The notes under the pieces: model-generated
What the model was told of the DNA's origin: nothing
Seen by the model: only the letters and a program-made list of their open reading frames with translations
Databases searched by the model: none
Shown here: positions 12,631 through 25,362 of the stretch, piece by piece
Numbering within the stretch: position 1 is the first letter of the stretch
How the letters are laid out: every line of letters starts with the position of its first letter
Position numbers and translations under genes: made by a program
NCBI GenBank assembly: GCA_951406725.2
Contig: OX597818.1
Coordinates: 93,992,001-94,056,000 of the forward strand
Source: Octopus vulgaris
Lineage: Eukaryota
Length of the DNA: 64,000 bases
Direction of reading: 5' to 3'

Positions 12631-12660
<30 letters not shown>

Positions 12661-12929
12661 CATAATAGCTTGCCCTGAATCATTTAGTTTCATTTTGGTG
12701 GACAAACAAAGGGTCAGAATCTCTCTTTTATATATATAGATATAAGATATATTTATATTGTTTGTGTATGAATGTGTGCTAATGTCTCCTTGTCTTGATG
12801 TCAGGCAATAGAGCTGTGAACTAGTGTCACCATCATACAGTTGATTTCCTTCATTTCCAATCTTCCATATTTTCATGGATATTTTCGGGTGCAAGCAAAT
12901 GACTGAAACAAGTAAAGGATAAAGAAATA

Positions 12930-13809
12930 CATAGTCTGATCAATAAGTATCCAAACTGTTGCCATAGTAATGAAGCTAAAGCATGCAGAAGGAAGCTGCT
13001 TGGCACAGACTGACCTTGAACTCTGCTGTGCATGTGCACTAAGTTTTAATGTTCTAGCTCACTTCCGTTCTTTACAGCAGTGCTTGGAAGGAAGGTGTGT
13101 AGTGTGTGATCGTTGCATTGACCATGACAGAGAAAGTTGAGCAGAGAATCTGCATTAAATTTTGCCAAAAGCATGGTGATACCTACTCAGAGGCCTACAC
13201 AAAGTTTTTGAAAGGTTTTCATCGTTCTCGACACAACCAAGGTGATCTTGTGCAACTGAAACCAGAGTGTCTTTTTGGTCAGCTGAAAGCAGTTTTGGCA
13301 CAAACTTGGCAGACACATGTCTCATACCCAAATCTTCAATGATAATAGACTGGACTGAACTGTAACTAATCTGCACATCCTCTGATAACTCATGGATGGT
13401 GATTCAGTAATTTCACCTCACAGCTGCATGCACATGTGATATTTTTCTCAGTTCTGCTGGTTACAGGTCTCCCAGAATGTTTTTCAATATCGACATTTTT
13501 TCGACCATTTTGGAAATGTATGAACCACTCATACACTTGTGTGCGACTTATACACTCCTCTCCATACACTTTCTGCAACTTTCTGTGGGCCTCTGAGTAG
13601 GTATCACCATGACAACTAGCTCTGTCATGATCACATGCTACACACGTCCCTTCCAAGCACTGCTGTAACAGGGGAAGTGAGCTAGAATGTTAAAATTTAG
13701 TGCCTATGCACAGCAGAGTTCAAGCTCAATTTTTGCCAAGCAGCTTCACTCTGCATGCTTTAGCTTCATCACTATGGCAACAGTCCTGATACTTATTGAT
13801 CAGACCTCG
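12930..13809. mobile_element. Mariner-derived foldback element (two 5' ends head-to-head) with TA TSD
   Basis: gtctgatcaataagtatc at the left end and gatacttattgatcagacctcg at the right. Transposase N-terminus on both strands (EQRICIKFC; VYEWF...SGRP...KFVPKLL). Confidence 0.9.
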
Positions 13810-14073
13810 TACTACCTTTCTTGGAAACAAATGAAGGTTGGCAACAGGAAGGAGGTCTAGCCATAGAAAATCTGTTTCAACAGACCCATGCAAGCATGGA
13901 ACTGCAGATGTCAAAACGATGGTGAGGGCAATTTGCAAGAGATTTAGCTGTTGTTTCTGCCAGGTTGTGTGACCAAGTAACAATTCCTTTGTAGATTTGT
14001 AGAATAGGATGTGAAAATGTTAGTAACAATAGTTATGTTGATGATGATAATTGAAATATGGTTTCCATGGCAG

Positions 14074-14167
14074 TTATTTGAGAAATCTCTACGTCCTGAC
14101 ACATCACTGGTTTCCATTATGGCTGTCAACAACGAGATAGGAGTGGTGCAACCCATCAAGGAAATAG
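14074..14167 (+). CDS. NFS1: NFS1 exon 6
   Basis: gcag| [31 protein letters not shown]-g |gtatgt. Confidence 0.96.
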
Positions 14168-14206
14168 GTATGTTGGTCTGCTCTTTATCTCTTCCCCTCT
14201 CTCTCA

Positions 14207-14340
14207 TATAAAGCCTGTTTTGCTGTTATTTTTCTTCTCTCCATCTCTCACTTACATGTATAAAGTCTGTTTTTCTGTTACTTTTTCTCTCTCTATCCCT
14301 CCCTTACTTCTATAAAGCCTGTTTTTCTGTTATCTCTATC
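14207..14340. repeat. ~52-bp minisatellite, 3 copies
   Basis: tataaagcctgtttt...ctgtta repeated three times just after exon 6. Confidence 0.7.
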
Positions 14341-14604
14341 TCTCTTACAATTTTATAGTAAAACAGTGTTGACCTATCTTTGAGAACTTCTCTATTCTCA
14401 TTTCTGTGTTGCTGTCCTTGTTATTTCTCTACCATTCCTGTTCCCTGATACCATCACCATGACATATCCTTCCACCACCACCACCACTTTGTATCTCTCT
14501 CTAATTTCTGTTCCTCATCCCCACCAATATCTCTCTACCATCCACTACCACCACCATATCTCTCTATTCTTTCTGCTATCTATCTCCACTCCCATCAAAA
14601 CTGA

Positions 14605-14772
<168 letters not shown>

Positions 14773-14877
14773 TGATATCAAACCCCTCTCTTTCAGTAAC
14801 TTTCACTTTCTATTCCTCTCTTTAAGTCTCCCTATTTCTCTATTCCTGTCTCTATTATTCAATACTTCCACTCTTAG

Positions 14878-15540
14878 AAATGAAATTTCAGGTGTGGAAG
14901 CAAGGCCTGGAATCTAAAGGCTTTAGAGTTAATTTAGCAAAGACCAAAGTCCTAGTAAGAAAACAGACAAGTCACAAGTCCCTTCTGAGAAATAGCCCTG
15001 CTCAAAATGTAAGAAGTGTTTTGGTAGAAATTCCATACATTGTACCCTGTGCAAGCTTTGGACACCTAAGAGATGTAGCATTATCAAAGGAAGGTTTACA
15101 GAGAATATAATCTTTGTGTGTGACAAATGCAGATACAATAAGCACTAAAAATGCACAGACAGTAGACTCCCTCAAATGCTTGGGTGGTGGGGATCATTAG
15201 AAGTAGTAATTAGCTTCTGTTACCATAGAAATTAGCATTGGTGGAGGAAGTTCTGAAAGTGTAGTTGCTAGAATAAGACAAGCTAGGCAAAGTTCAGAGA
15301 GCTTCTACCTTTGTCGTAATTAAGGGTTTCTCCCTCTGAGTGAAAGGCAGACTGTATGATACATGTGTATGTACAACTATGTTACATGGTAGTGCAACAT
15401 GGGCTTTGATGACAGAGGACTTGTAAAAGCTTGAAAGAAATGAAGCTAGCATGCTCCATTGGATGGATAATATTAGTGTGCATGTGCAACAAAGTGTAAA
15501 TAATTTAAGAGGGAAACTGGGTATAAGAGGTATCAGATGT
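14878..15540 (+). mobile_element. Decayed RTE RT C-terminal fragment
   Basis: KFQVWKQGLESKGFRVNLAKTKVL, followed by frameshifted PHD and thumb remnants. Confidence 0.88.
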
Positions 15541-15679
15541 TATTTTCTATATCAAATGTTTATAATTACACATGTTTTCTATATCAAATTTTTATAATTA
15601 CACACATTTTCGGTAAAAGGTTGGATAGGCTTACAATGACTTAACATTGAGCTGTTCAAATACCATAGATTGCAGTTCA

Positions 15680-16140
15680 AATAACAAACCACATGCAATC
15701 TATCTCTTAACCTGAGAGAGACCTTTGTTATCAGCAGAGGTAATAGCTCCATGAACTTTTTCCAACCCATTCTTACTTTGGTTACTATACTTTCAAATCA
15801 ACCACCTCCACTCCAAAGTATGTCATCTAGGCAGCTATTGACCACTTCTAGTGAGTCAGTTTCAGAGAATCTATTTCTATCCTGCTTTTAGTGCCACTGC
15901 AATGGTGTATCTGCCACATATGAAGCCTGCATTCTCTTTGAGCATGCTTGTGATTCCACTACACTTCTTGTGTGTCTAAAGTTTATACTTGGTACAGCAT
16001 ATAGTATTCCTACCTACTCCACTTTTGCATACCAAGTTCCAGTATTATTTTATACTCTCCAATACCTTAGTCTTTACTAAGTTTATCGTAAGTTTTTTTT
16101 TATTCTAGGCTTTGTTTCAACAACTGTATTCCTTCTAATT
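15680..16140 (-). mobile_element. Older decayed RTE RT fragment, inverted relative to its neighbour
   Basis: GWKKFMELLPLLITKVSLRLRDRL matches AWAKFRELLPLLVTKGLSLRVKGRL. Confidence 0.75.
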
Positions 16141-17069
16141 TTTCATATATAAACTCTTTACAAAGTTTCCAACAACCAAAATCTACTCATGAGGTATTTT
16201 GTCAACTTGAGGTTATGGTAAAATGTATTTGCCTTAAGTACTGCTTAGTGATATAATGTATAAGAGACTGTCACATCATCTTCATCACTCTCCCTCATTC
16301 TCTTATTACAAACCTTGTGACTGCTACAAACTGTCTGTACCAAGTTCACTTTTATCACATCTACCAAATCTCCTTAAATCACACTCTGCCACTTTTTAAA
16401 AGAGTAAGAACAAATTGCATGATGGAGTCCTAGATACTCTTCAAAGACAGGATGTCCACAGCTGGAATGCCTTTGGTGATGGCTCTGTTTTATCAGAGTT
16501 GACCTGATGTTAAACAGCAATAACAACAATTTCTGATCCCTTTGATTCCAGCTTTCATCCAATCTAGCTACCATCTACTGCCATATCCTCACCTGCCTCA
16601 GCTCTACCATCCACTACCTCTGTCACCACTACCGTCAAATGTCTGCACCATGATGAGAATTTTACATAGTCACTTGATCTGCTAGAAATAACGGCCTGAT
16701 CTCCCTTAAATCACACCTTTGTACATGCATGGAAATGGAAAGAACCATTACTTGATGTAGTACTAGATAAGTCATCAATGACAAGATGTTTGATAGGAAT
16801 ACTTTTAGTCATTGTTCTGCTCCTGCTCATTCAATGTTGACATGGAGCTAATGCACAAAACCTTGAGTGTTGGTTCCATCCACAATCATGACATATCCAC
16901 ACTACTATCACTTACCTCTACACAAGCAACCATTCATCATTGTCACACGTCCATGTCACTTCTGTTCTAACTATTGTTACCTTCTACCATCATATGTCCA
17001 TATCTCTTCTCCAGCTAACTTCCCCTTATGTTACATGTCTGTAAACTGTATCTGCATTTCTTGATTCAG

Positions 17070-17227
17070 GTATCGGTGCTCTGTATGTGAGGCGGCGTCC
17101 TAGAGTAAGAATTGACCCACCCCAAAGTGGTGGTGGTCAGGAGAGAGGAATTCGAAGTGGTACAGTACCAACACCATTGGTCGTTGGTTTGGGAAGAGCT
17201 TGTCAGATTGCTGAAGAAGAACACGAG
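17070..17227 (+). CDS. NFS1: NFS1 exon 8
   Basis: tcag| [53 protein letters not shown]. The frame-preserving donor is GAG|gctggt (GC), so the 3' boundary is less certain. Confidence 0.9.
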
Positions 17228-17638
17228 GCTGGTTTACATTACTATTTTCTCTCAGTTTTTCAAATACTCAGTGTTATTAAGAAAAATGTACTCATTTTTT
17301 TTTCTACCAAACTTTTTGAATTTGTTGCAGAATTGGTATAGTGATGGCTGAAATGCTTTGCATTACATTCCTTTGCATTTTTGAGTTCAAATACCACCAA
17401 GATTGGCTTTGCCTTTCATACTTTCAGGAATCAGTAAAATAAGTTGCAGTCAAATACTGGCAAAAGAAGGAACATTTCTAATGAATTGTTTCATTGTTAT
17501 CAAGAAGTTCACTTCCCCATCATGTGGTTTTAGTTTTAGTCATGGCTGGCAACTTGGGTGAGTGTTATTCACTATACCCCAGGACAAACAAAGCCTTGTG
17601 AATAAATTTGGTAAACGGTAACTGAAACACTCTTGTCA

Positions 17639-17688
<50 letters not shown>

Positions 17689-17979
17689 TGTATATCCTTA
17701 TCTTGTATTTTTTTTTCTGTCGCTAGACTGTGGCCATGCTGAGGTACTACCTTGAAGTATTTTAGTTGAGTGAATCGACCCTAGAACTTATATTTTTAAA
17801 GCCTGGTACTTATTCTAGCGGTACCTTCTGCTGAACTGCTAAGTTACAGAGATGTAATTACACCAACACCAGTTGTCAAATGGCGGTGGGCACAAATACA
17901 GACACACAGATATATATCATCATCATCATTCATATATATATATACATATATATGTATATATATATATATATAATATATA

Positions 17980-18011
<32 letters not shown>

Positions 18012-18703
18012 CGCTTCTATCAATTTCTGTCTACCAAATTCACTCACAAGGCTGCTAGGATGCAAGTCAAGGTCCTGTCAACCCTGGCCAGGTCACCTGG
18101 ATAAAGGTGTCTCCAGTTGAAAAACCTGAAACACTCGATAGCTCCAGCTTACATCATTGATGATGTCTCCTAGCTCATCCAGGAGATGTATCTTGCACAG
18201 GTGATTAAGTGCAGGTTACTTAATTCACTCCACAAAAGATTGGTTTCTTATGGATTACATTTAAGTCCATTGTCTCTAATATCAGACTGATGAATGACAA
18301 ATCTCCTATGTCGAGGATGGTAGTTTATTTCTGATACGTTTCTTCCTGATGTCCTCATACCTACCTCCAACAGCTAGGTGGACTGAGGCAATATAGAAAG
18401 AGGCATCCTACAAAGTGATATATCATCATCATTGTTGTTTAACATCTGCTTTCCATGCTGGCATGGGTTGGACAGTTTGACTGATGTCTGGCAAGCCAGT
18501 GAGCTGCACCAGGCTCCAATCTGATCTGGCGATGTTTCTACAGCTGGATGCCCTTCCTAACATCAACCACTCCGGGAGTGTAGTAGGTGCTTTTTATGTG
18601 CCGTTGCAGATTTCATTACTTTATCCACTAAAAGGTGTACCAATCAGTATCTTTTTGCTTAAAAACTACTCTGTTGTTAATAGATTTCCACATTTGTTTT
18701 CAG

Positions 18704-18809
18704 TATGACTACAAGAGAGTTTCCATGCTGTCCAAGAGGCTGATAGAAAAAATCACAGCAGAAACAAGTCATGTGATTAGGAATGGTGACCCAGAGTCAT
18801 CTTATCCGG
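18704..18809 (+). CDS. NFS1: NFS1 exon 9
   Basis: tcag| YDYKRVSMLSKRLIEKITAETSHVIRNGDPESSYP-g |gtatgt. Confidence 0.93.
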
Positions 18810-19658
18810 GTATGTCTATCGTATATTCTTACCTTTTCCTTCTCCATCATATATGAACAGTGACAGCAAGATCAGATATATTTAAGTGAAAGACAAAGCC
18901 AGAAGACCAACTAAAGACCAGACCAGATATATTTCAAAGAAAGACATATCACTAATATATATTACACTGTGTAACATGACTTTTGTCCTTGGGTTGCAAC
19001 TGTTAATTTCCTATTTATTTACACCTAGAAAGTATGAAAAATGGCTCATATTTTCTTCAAACTTTGCTTTTGTTACATTTATTCAAACCTCAAAGAATCA
19101 CTCTCGTCAAATGGCTATGATGCTTCCCTACTACTCCTGCTCATGATGAAAGATGCATGGATTTTATCGGTTTAGCTGCCAGCATCAATTCTGTTCGAAT
19201 TGATTTCATATTCTGTGTAATGATATACTTTTATATGCTAATTAATGACATGAAAGTAATTTTTGCTATAAGTCAATAATAAAGTGTTATTAGCAATTAA
19301 AGATTTTAGCCAATCGTAAGTCACAGACACTTTCATATATATATATATATATACACCCACGCATACATATATATAAAGGTGATGCTCCAGCATGGCCGCA
19401 GTCAAATGACTGAAACAAGTAAAAGAGTAAAAGAGAGTAAGAGTATATATATATATATTACTACACCACCTATATACATACACATATGCATAATACATAC
19501 ATATATTTTCATACATTATCATCATTTAACGTCCGTTGTCCATGCTGACATTGTTTGGATGGTTTGACCAGGGCTGATAAGCTGACGGGCTGCACCAGAC
19601 TCCATTTTGATATATATACACACACATGTACATATGCATACATTCTTTTTAATTGTAG

Positions 19659-19740
19659 GTTGTGTGAACTTATCATTTGCCTTTGTTGAAGGAGAAAGTT
19701 TGTTGATGGCCCTTAAAGATGTTGCTTTATCCTCTGGCAG
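19659..19740 (+). CDS. NFS1: NFS1 exon 10
   Basis: gtag| [27 protein letters not shown]-ag |gtaagt. Confidence 0.97.
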
Positions 19741-20382
19741 GTAAGTTCATTAACTGCTTCCTAACATTAATAATTCCTCTTCAGGAAGTCAAATTGTAGT
19801 ATTGCTTTTGTGTGTGGATGTGATATGTTTAATTCAGGAGCCAGCCATTCTCCGTTTCCTCATAAAATCGTTCTTACATACCCCTTGGTTTAATAATACC
19901 AAATGGCTTTGTACATGAATGAAAATTTGGCAAGTGTTTAGATCAGAAGTTGCTCATATACATTTTCTTACTGATATTAGACAGGTGCAGGCGTAGCTAT
20001 GTGCTAAGAAGCTTGCTTCCCACTTCTGGGTTTAGTCCCATTGTGTGACACCTTGGACAAGTGTCTTCTACTATAATCTTGGGTTCACTACAGCCTTATG
20101 AGTGGATTTCACGGATAGAAACTGAAAGAAGCTCGTTGTAAATATATATATATATATATACATATACAAAATAAGAAAATGGAGGAATATGTTTTAATCA
20201 ATCATCAACTACTAGATAATACCAATTCATATAATTTATTAACTAATTATATAGGAACATCCAGAAATTATATGAATTGGTATTATCTAGTAGTTGATGA
20301 TTGATTAAAATATGTTCCTCCATTTTCTTATTTTGTATTATGAATTTGAGGTAAAACATTTTACCTTCGCTCATATAATACA

Positions 20383-21022
20383 ACTAGCAGTATCGCCCGG
20401 CGTTGCTCGGGTTTGTAAGGGAAATAACTATATAAGCATTTTTAGAGAGTTATAGCCAAAAAATAGCAAAAAATGCATTAAAAATGGAAAAAATATGATG
20501 GTAAATTTTTTGAAAAATCGTTGACTCATCGTAGACATTTTTAGAGAGTTATTTCCCTTATATAATAGCGAAAAAATGCATTAAAATGGAAAAAAAAACG
20601 ATGGTAAATTTTTTTTTAAATCGTAGACTCATGTAGACGCTTTCTTAGCCATTTCTGTTTTGGTGTCTTCAAGCCATGAAGTCGTTGTTCTAAAAGAACG
20701 CTGGTCTCCTTGACAACGCATTACGACGTTGATTTCCTTACACTCCCTTCCCCACAGGTGCAGGTGTGAGCGTGGACGCCAACTCCGCCGCCATCGACAC
20801 ACGAAAAATTATGCATTAAAATGGAATAAAAAATGATGTTAAATTATTTTTAAAATCGTAGACTCATCGTAGACGCGCGCTAATACTCAGACGGGCTCGA
20901 TATGAATCACGACTATAAGCTACGCGAATTTGGTTAAACTGCACCGCAAAATGTGGGAGTAGTTAGGAATCTAAATCGAAGGGGACAGACACTCACACAA
21001 CTACAGTTTTATATATATAGAT
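20383..21022 (+). mobile_element. Non-autonomous Helentron/HINE-like element
   Basis: Starts actagcagtatcgcccggcgttgctcggg (hairpin), has internal tandem repeats, ends ttttatatatatagat. Confidence 0.72.
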
Positions 21023-21029
21023 ATACATA

Positions 21030-21470
21030 GCGCAGTAGTGGTGAGATGTGACAGCAAAGAAAAGCATACATTCACTCTCTGCATGCAATTAGACTCGGAA
21101 AGTTCGTGAGGAACCCATTGACCCAATTTGCTGACTTTTCCGATAGCACACAGGTCTCAATGAATGGTTGAATGACCAAATCCAAGCTTCTCTGCTAGTT
21201 CCTCAACAGTTACGATGAGATTTTGTTCCACCAGGGTTTTCAGGATGTCCTTGTCGAGTTCTACAGATCTTTCAGGATGAGGCTCGTCTTCTAGGCTGTT
21301 CCAATATAGCTTTGAAAAAAATAGCTGTTAAAATCGAAATGCACTCTTCAAAACTTGCACTATGAATAAGGACAAGATAAAATTACTACCTGCTTTTATA
21401 GCAAGTTAATATAAGTAGTTTATCCCATTCCCCTCTGACTTTTAGTTCAAGCTGTTGAAAAAACCGCATT
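21030..21470 (-). mobile_element. Mariner transposase remnant
   Basis: Minus strand reads SLEDEPHPERSVELDKDILKTLVEQN...KLGQWVPHELS (WVPHEL motif). Confidence 0.85.
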
Positions 21471-21482
21471 ATTATATATATA

Positions 21483-21514
<32 letters not shown>

Positions 21515-21748
21515 CACACACACTCTCTCTCTCACACACATGCACACATTTATATTCTGTTATTCTTTTATATGTTTCAGCCTTGAGGTTGTGGCCATGC
21601 TGGATCATGTGTGTGTGTGTGTGTGTCTATCTGTCTGTCTGTCTGTATGTATATATGTATATGTATGTGTGTGAACAATAATATTTTCAACAGATGTGTT
21701 GCAAATGTATCTGATTGTTCTCAAGCTTCAATACTGTGTGTGTGTGTA

Positions 21749-21779
<31 letters not shown>

Positions 21780-22746
21780 ATATGTATGTATGTATGTATG
21801 TGTGTATGTATGTGTGTGTGTATGTATGTATGTGTGTGTGTGTATGTATGTATGTATGTATGAGTGTTCCTCAAATCACTATCTCTGGCTATTTACTCTC
21901 TTCCAAGAACATTTTCACTCACACTTATGTGTTAGCTTCCCATACATTTTACTCATGTATCTATCAGCGTGATAGAGAGAAACAAATATTACATCTAGTT
22001 TCACTTTATTCATTGCCCACTGTGTGTGTGCGTTTGCGTGTGGTGTAAACCAGACTAAGAAAAGCATTTGACACACACACCAGAATGTGAGTTTTCTGTA
22101 AATTATGCTTAATTGGAGTTTAAATTTTAAAAACTGGACCTGGCATGACGCGATGCATTGTACCTTAAAATTGCTAGGTAAATTGTAATTGAAGAAATCC
22201 TATATTGTAGATTTGTATAACTCCCAAAGGGAGGCAGATAAAATCTGCCTTTTATAATAAGAGATAAATGAATTAATTGCATTGCAATTCTTAGCATTTA
22301 TGTATTAGCATTTCTGGGTGCTTTACTGGCAGTATATTGGATATATGTTATCCCATAGAGGGTTACACTCACAACCCCTATCTCACTTTGTAATTATATA
22401 TACATATATATATATTTTGGTATGTATGTGTGTCTTAATGTCTTTGTTTGCCTACCCCACCGCTCGACAGCTGTTGTTGGTGTGGTTATGTTCCCGTAAG
22501 TTAGCAGTTCAACAAAAGTGCTTGATAGAATAAGTACTAGGCCTACAAAGAATAAGTCCTGGGGTCAATTTCTCTTACTAAAACCCTTTAAGGTGGTGCC
22601 CTAGCATGGCCTCAGTCATTTGACTGAAACAACTAAAAGAATAAGGTTTGATTTAGATAGTGTGTATGTGTGTACATGTGGTTTGGTTGTTGCAACACTC
22701 AAGCTGTAATTACTTGTAAATGAAATATTCCTTAATCTATTTCTAG

Positions 22747-22830
22747 TGCCTGTACTTCAGCTTCTCTTGAACCTTCTTATGTACTACGTGCTATTGGATC
22801 AGAAGAAGACTTAGCTCATTCATCCATACG
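22747..22830 (+). CDS. NFS1: NFS1 exon 11 (catalytic Cys loop)
   Basis: ctag| (S)[27 protein letters not shown]-cg |gtaaga; completes SSGSACTS. Confidence 0.98.
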
Positions 22831-23413
22831 GTAAGATGAAATTTAGTCATCGTTAACCCTCTCTCCCTCTTTATCTCTTTCTGTACGGTAATCCCTTGAC
22901 CATTGCAGGTGTTGTGTTCCAAAACCTTCCACAGAAATAATTAAAATCTAAAAAAAATATAGATATCAATCATCCACAAATACCCACGTTATACTGAGGA
23001 GTTTGTGATATAAATTTACATATATTAGCCAGAAAAATCTGTGATGTACTGAGTGCATGATAGGTGAACTGCAATATGGCAAGGGATTACTGTACCTTAC
23101 CAAGCATATATGTAACTCTGAGCAGGTCATTGTGATAGCATTGACGTTTCACCACTAGCATGACAAGCGACATTATTTTTTTCTCTAATTTTGAGAGCTG
23201 AGTCACCTGGAGAAGAGTTCCAACTAGATGAAATCTTCGAGCAATTTAAATGGACAAAACTCTCATACTCATTGGCTAAAGAGTGTCAGCATAAGGGCCC
23301 CCACATGTAATGACCTAGATGTGGCTCAGCTCCTTAAGTAATAAGTTAAGGACTGATGCGGGTTTCTTCTCTGAAAAACTGCTGCTCAGCTCTCTTGAGA
23401 GTTTCTTACCACT

Positions 23414-23513
23414 GTATGTGTGTGTGTGTATATATATATGTATACATATATATGTGTATATATATATATATATATGTGTGTATATATATATATATGTGTA
23501 TATATATATATAT

Positions 23514-23558
<45 letters not shown>

Positions 23559-23720
23559 GTGTATATATATGTATGTATATATATATGTGTATATATATGT
23601 ATATATATGTGTATATATATATATGTGTATATATATATATATGTATATATATGTGTATATATATATATATGTATATATATGTGTATATATATATATGTAT
23701 ATATATGTGTATATATATAT

Positions 23721-23754
<34 letters not shown>

Positions 23755-23971
23755 ATGTGTATATATATATATATGTATATATATGTATATATATATATTG
23801 TGTATATATATATATATGTATATATATGTGTATATATATATATATATGTATATATATATGTGTATATATATATATATGTATATATATGTGTATATATATA
23901 TATATGTATGTATATGTATGTGTATATATATATATATATATGTGTATATATATGTGTATATATATGTATAT

Positions 23972-24005
<34 letters not shown>

Positions 24006-24168
24006 ATGTGTATATATATATATATATGTATATATATGTGTATATATATATATATATGTATATATATGTGTATATACATATATATGTATATATATGTGTA
24101 TATATATATATATATGTATATATATGTATATATATATATATGTATATATATGTGTATATATATATGTG

Positions 24169-24223
<55 letters not shown>

Positions 24224-24496
24224 GTGTATATATATATGTGTATATATATATGTGTATATATATATGTGTATATATATATGTGTATATATATATGTATATA
24301 TATATGTGTATATATATATATGTGTATATATATGTGTGTGTATATATATGTGTGTATATATATATATGTGTATATATATATGTGTATATATATATGTGTA
24401 TATATATGTGTATATATATATGTGTATATATATGTGTATATATATATATGTGTATATATATGTGTATATATATATATGTGTATATATATGTGTGTA

Positions 24497-24556
<60 letters not shown>

Positions 24557-24644
24557 AAGAAATGGCTGTGCCCCAGCATGGCCACAGCTCATTAGCTGAA
24601 ACTGGAAAAATCAAAAATCAAAATCATATGTGTGTATATATATA

Positions 24645-24675
<31 letters not shown>

Positions 24676-24875
24676 GTGTATATATATATATGTGTATATA
24701 TATATATGTCTGTGTATATATATATATGTGTATATATATATGTGTATATATATATATATATATATACGTGTATATATATATATGTGTATATATATATATA
24801 TATATACGTGTATATATATAGATATATAAGTGTATAGATATATATGTGTATAGATATATATATATATATATATAT
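23414..24875. repeat. ~1.4-kb compound (TA)n/(TG) microsatellite with an embedded SINE-tail fragment (~24557-24625)
   Basis: Read directly; produces spurious YI/HT-repeat ORFs in all frames. Confidence 0.98.
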
Positions 24876-24952
24876 CATCGTCATTTAGCGTCCGTTTTCC
24901 ATGCTAGCATGGGTTGGACGGTTCAACTGGGGTCTGTGAAGCCAGAAGGCTT

Positions 24953-25322
24953 ATCTCTCTATATATAAACGGCAGTTTGTCTGTGTGTGTTTCTGTGTGT
25001 CTGTTAGGTTGTACCCTCACCCTGACCACGGCTTTCAACTGATTCTGATGAAACTTGACACACACATAGCCCAATGTCATAATTCAAAACTAACGCAGCG
25101 AAAATTTTGAAAAGTTCCCCCAGTTCTGAAAAAAATCGATAAATTCGACATGGGGTCGAGAATCAGAAACACAAACCACAGACTGTCTAGGGGACGCAAC
25201 TCGACCTTTTTAACTAAAAAAAATTTACCATCATTTTTTTGCTATTTTTTGGCTATAACTCTCTAAAAATGCTTTATAGTTATTTCCCTTACAAACCCGA
25301 GCAACGCCGGGCGATACTGCTA

Positions 25323-25324
<2 letters not shown>
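24953..25324 (-). mobile_element. Helentron/HINE-like element, same terminus family as 20383
   Basis: Ends cccgagcaacgccgggcgatactgctagt, the reverse complement of the 20383 terminus; inserted next to an RTE 3' fragment. Confidence 0.72.

Positions 25325-25362
<38 letters not shown>

Noticed and set aside
10581-12894. Active RT gene or retron-like system
   Set aside because: 5'-truncated, lacks the endonuclease, and is frameshifted near 11955. The N-terminus of the 313-aa ORF is flanking microsatellite.
18050-18420. Possible hammerhead ribozyme (ctgatga at ~18287)
   Set aside because: I could not find the GAAA core with compatible helices by eye; an Infernal search would be needed.
23315-24884. 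400-490 aa ORFs in all six frames
   Set aside because: (TA)n/(TG)n repeats lack stop codons, so these are translation artefacts. The same applies at 21611-22048, 36400-36815 and 47172-47460.
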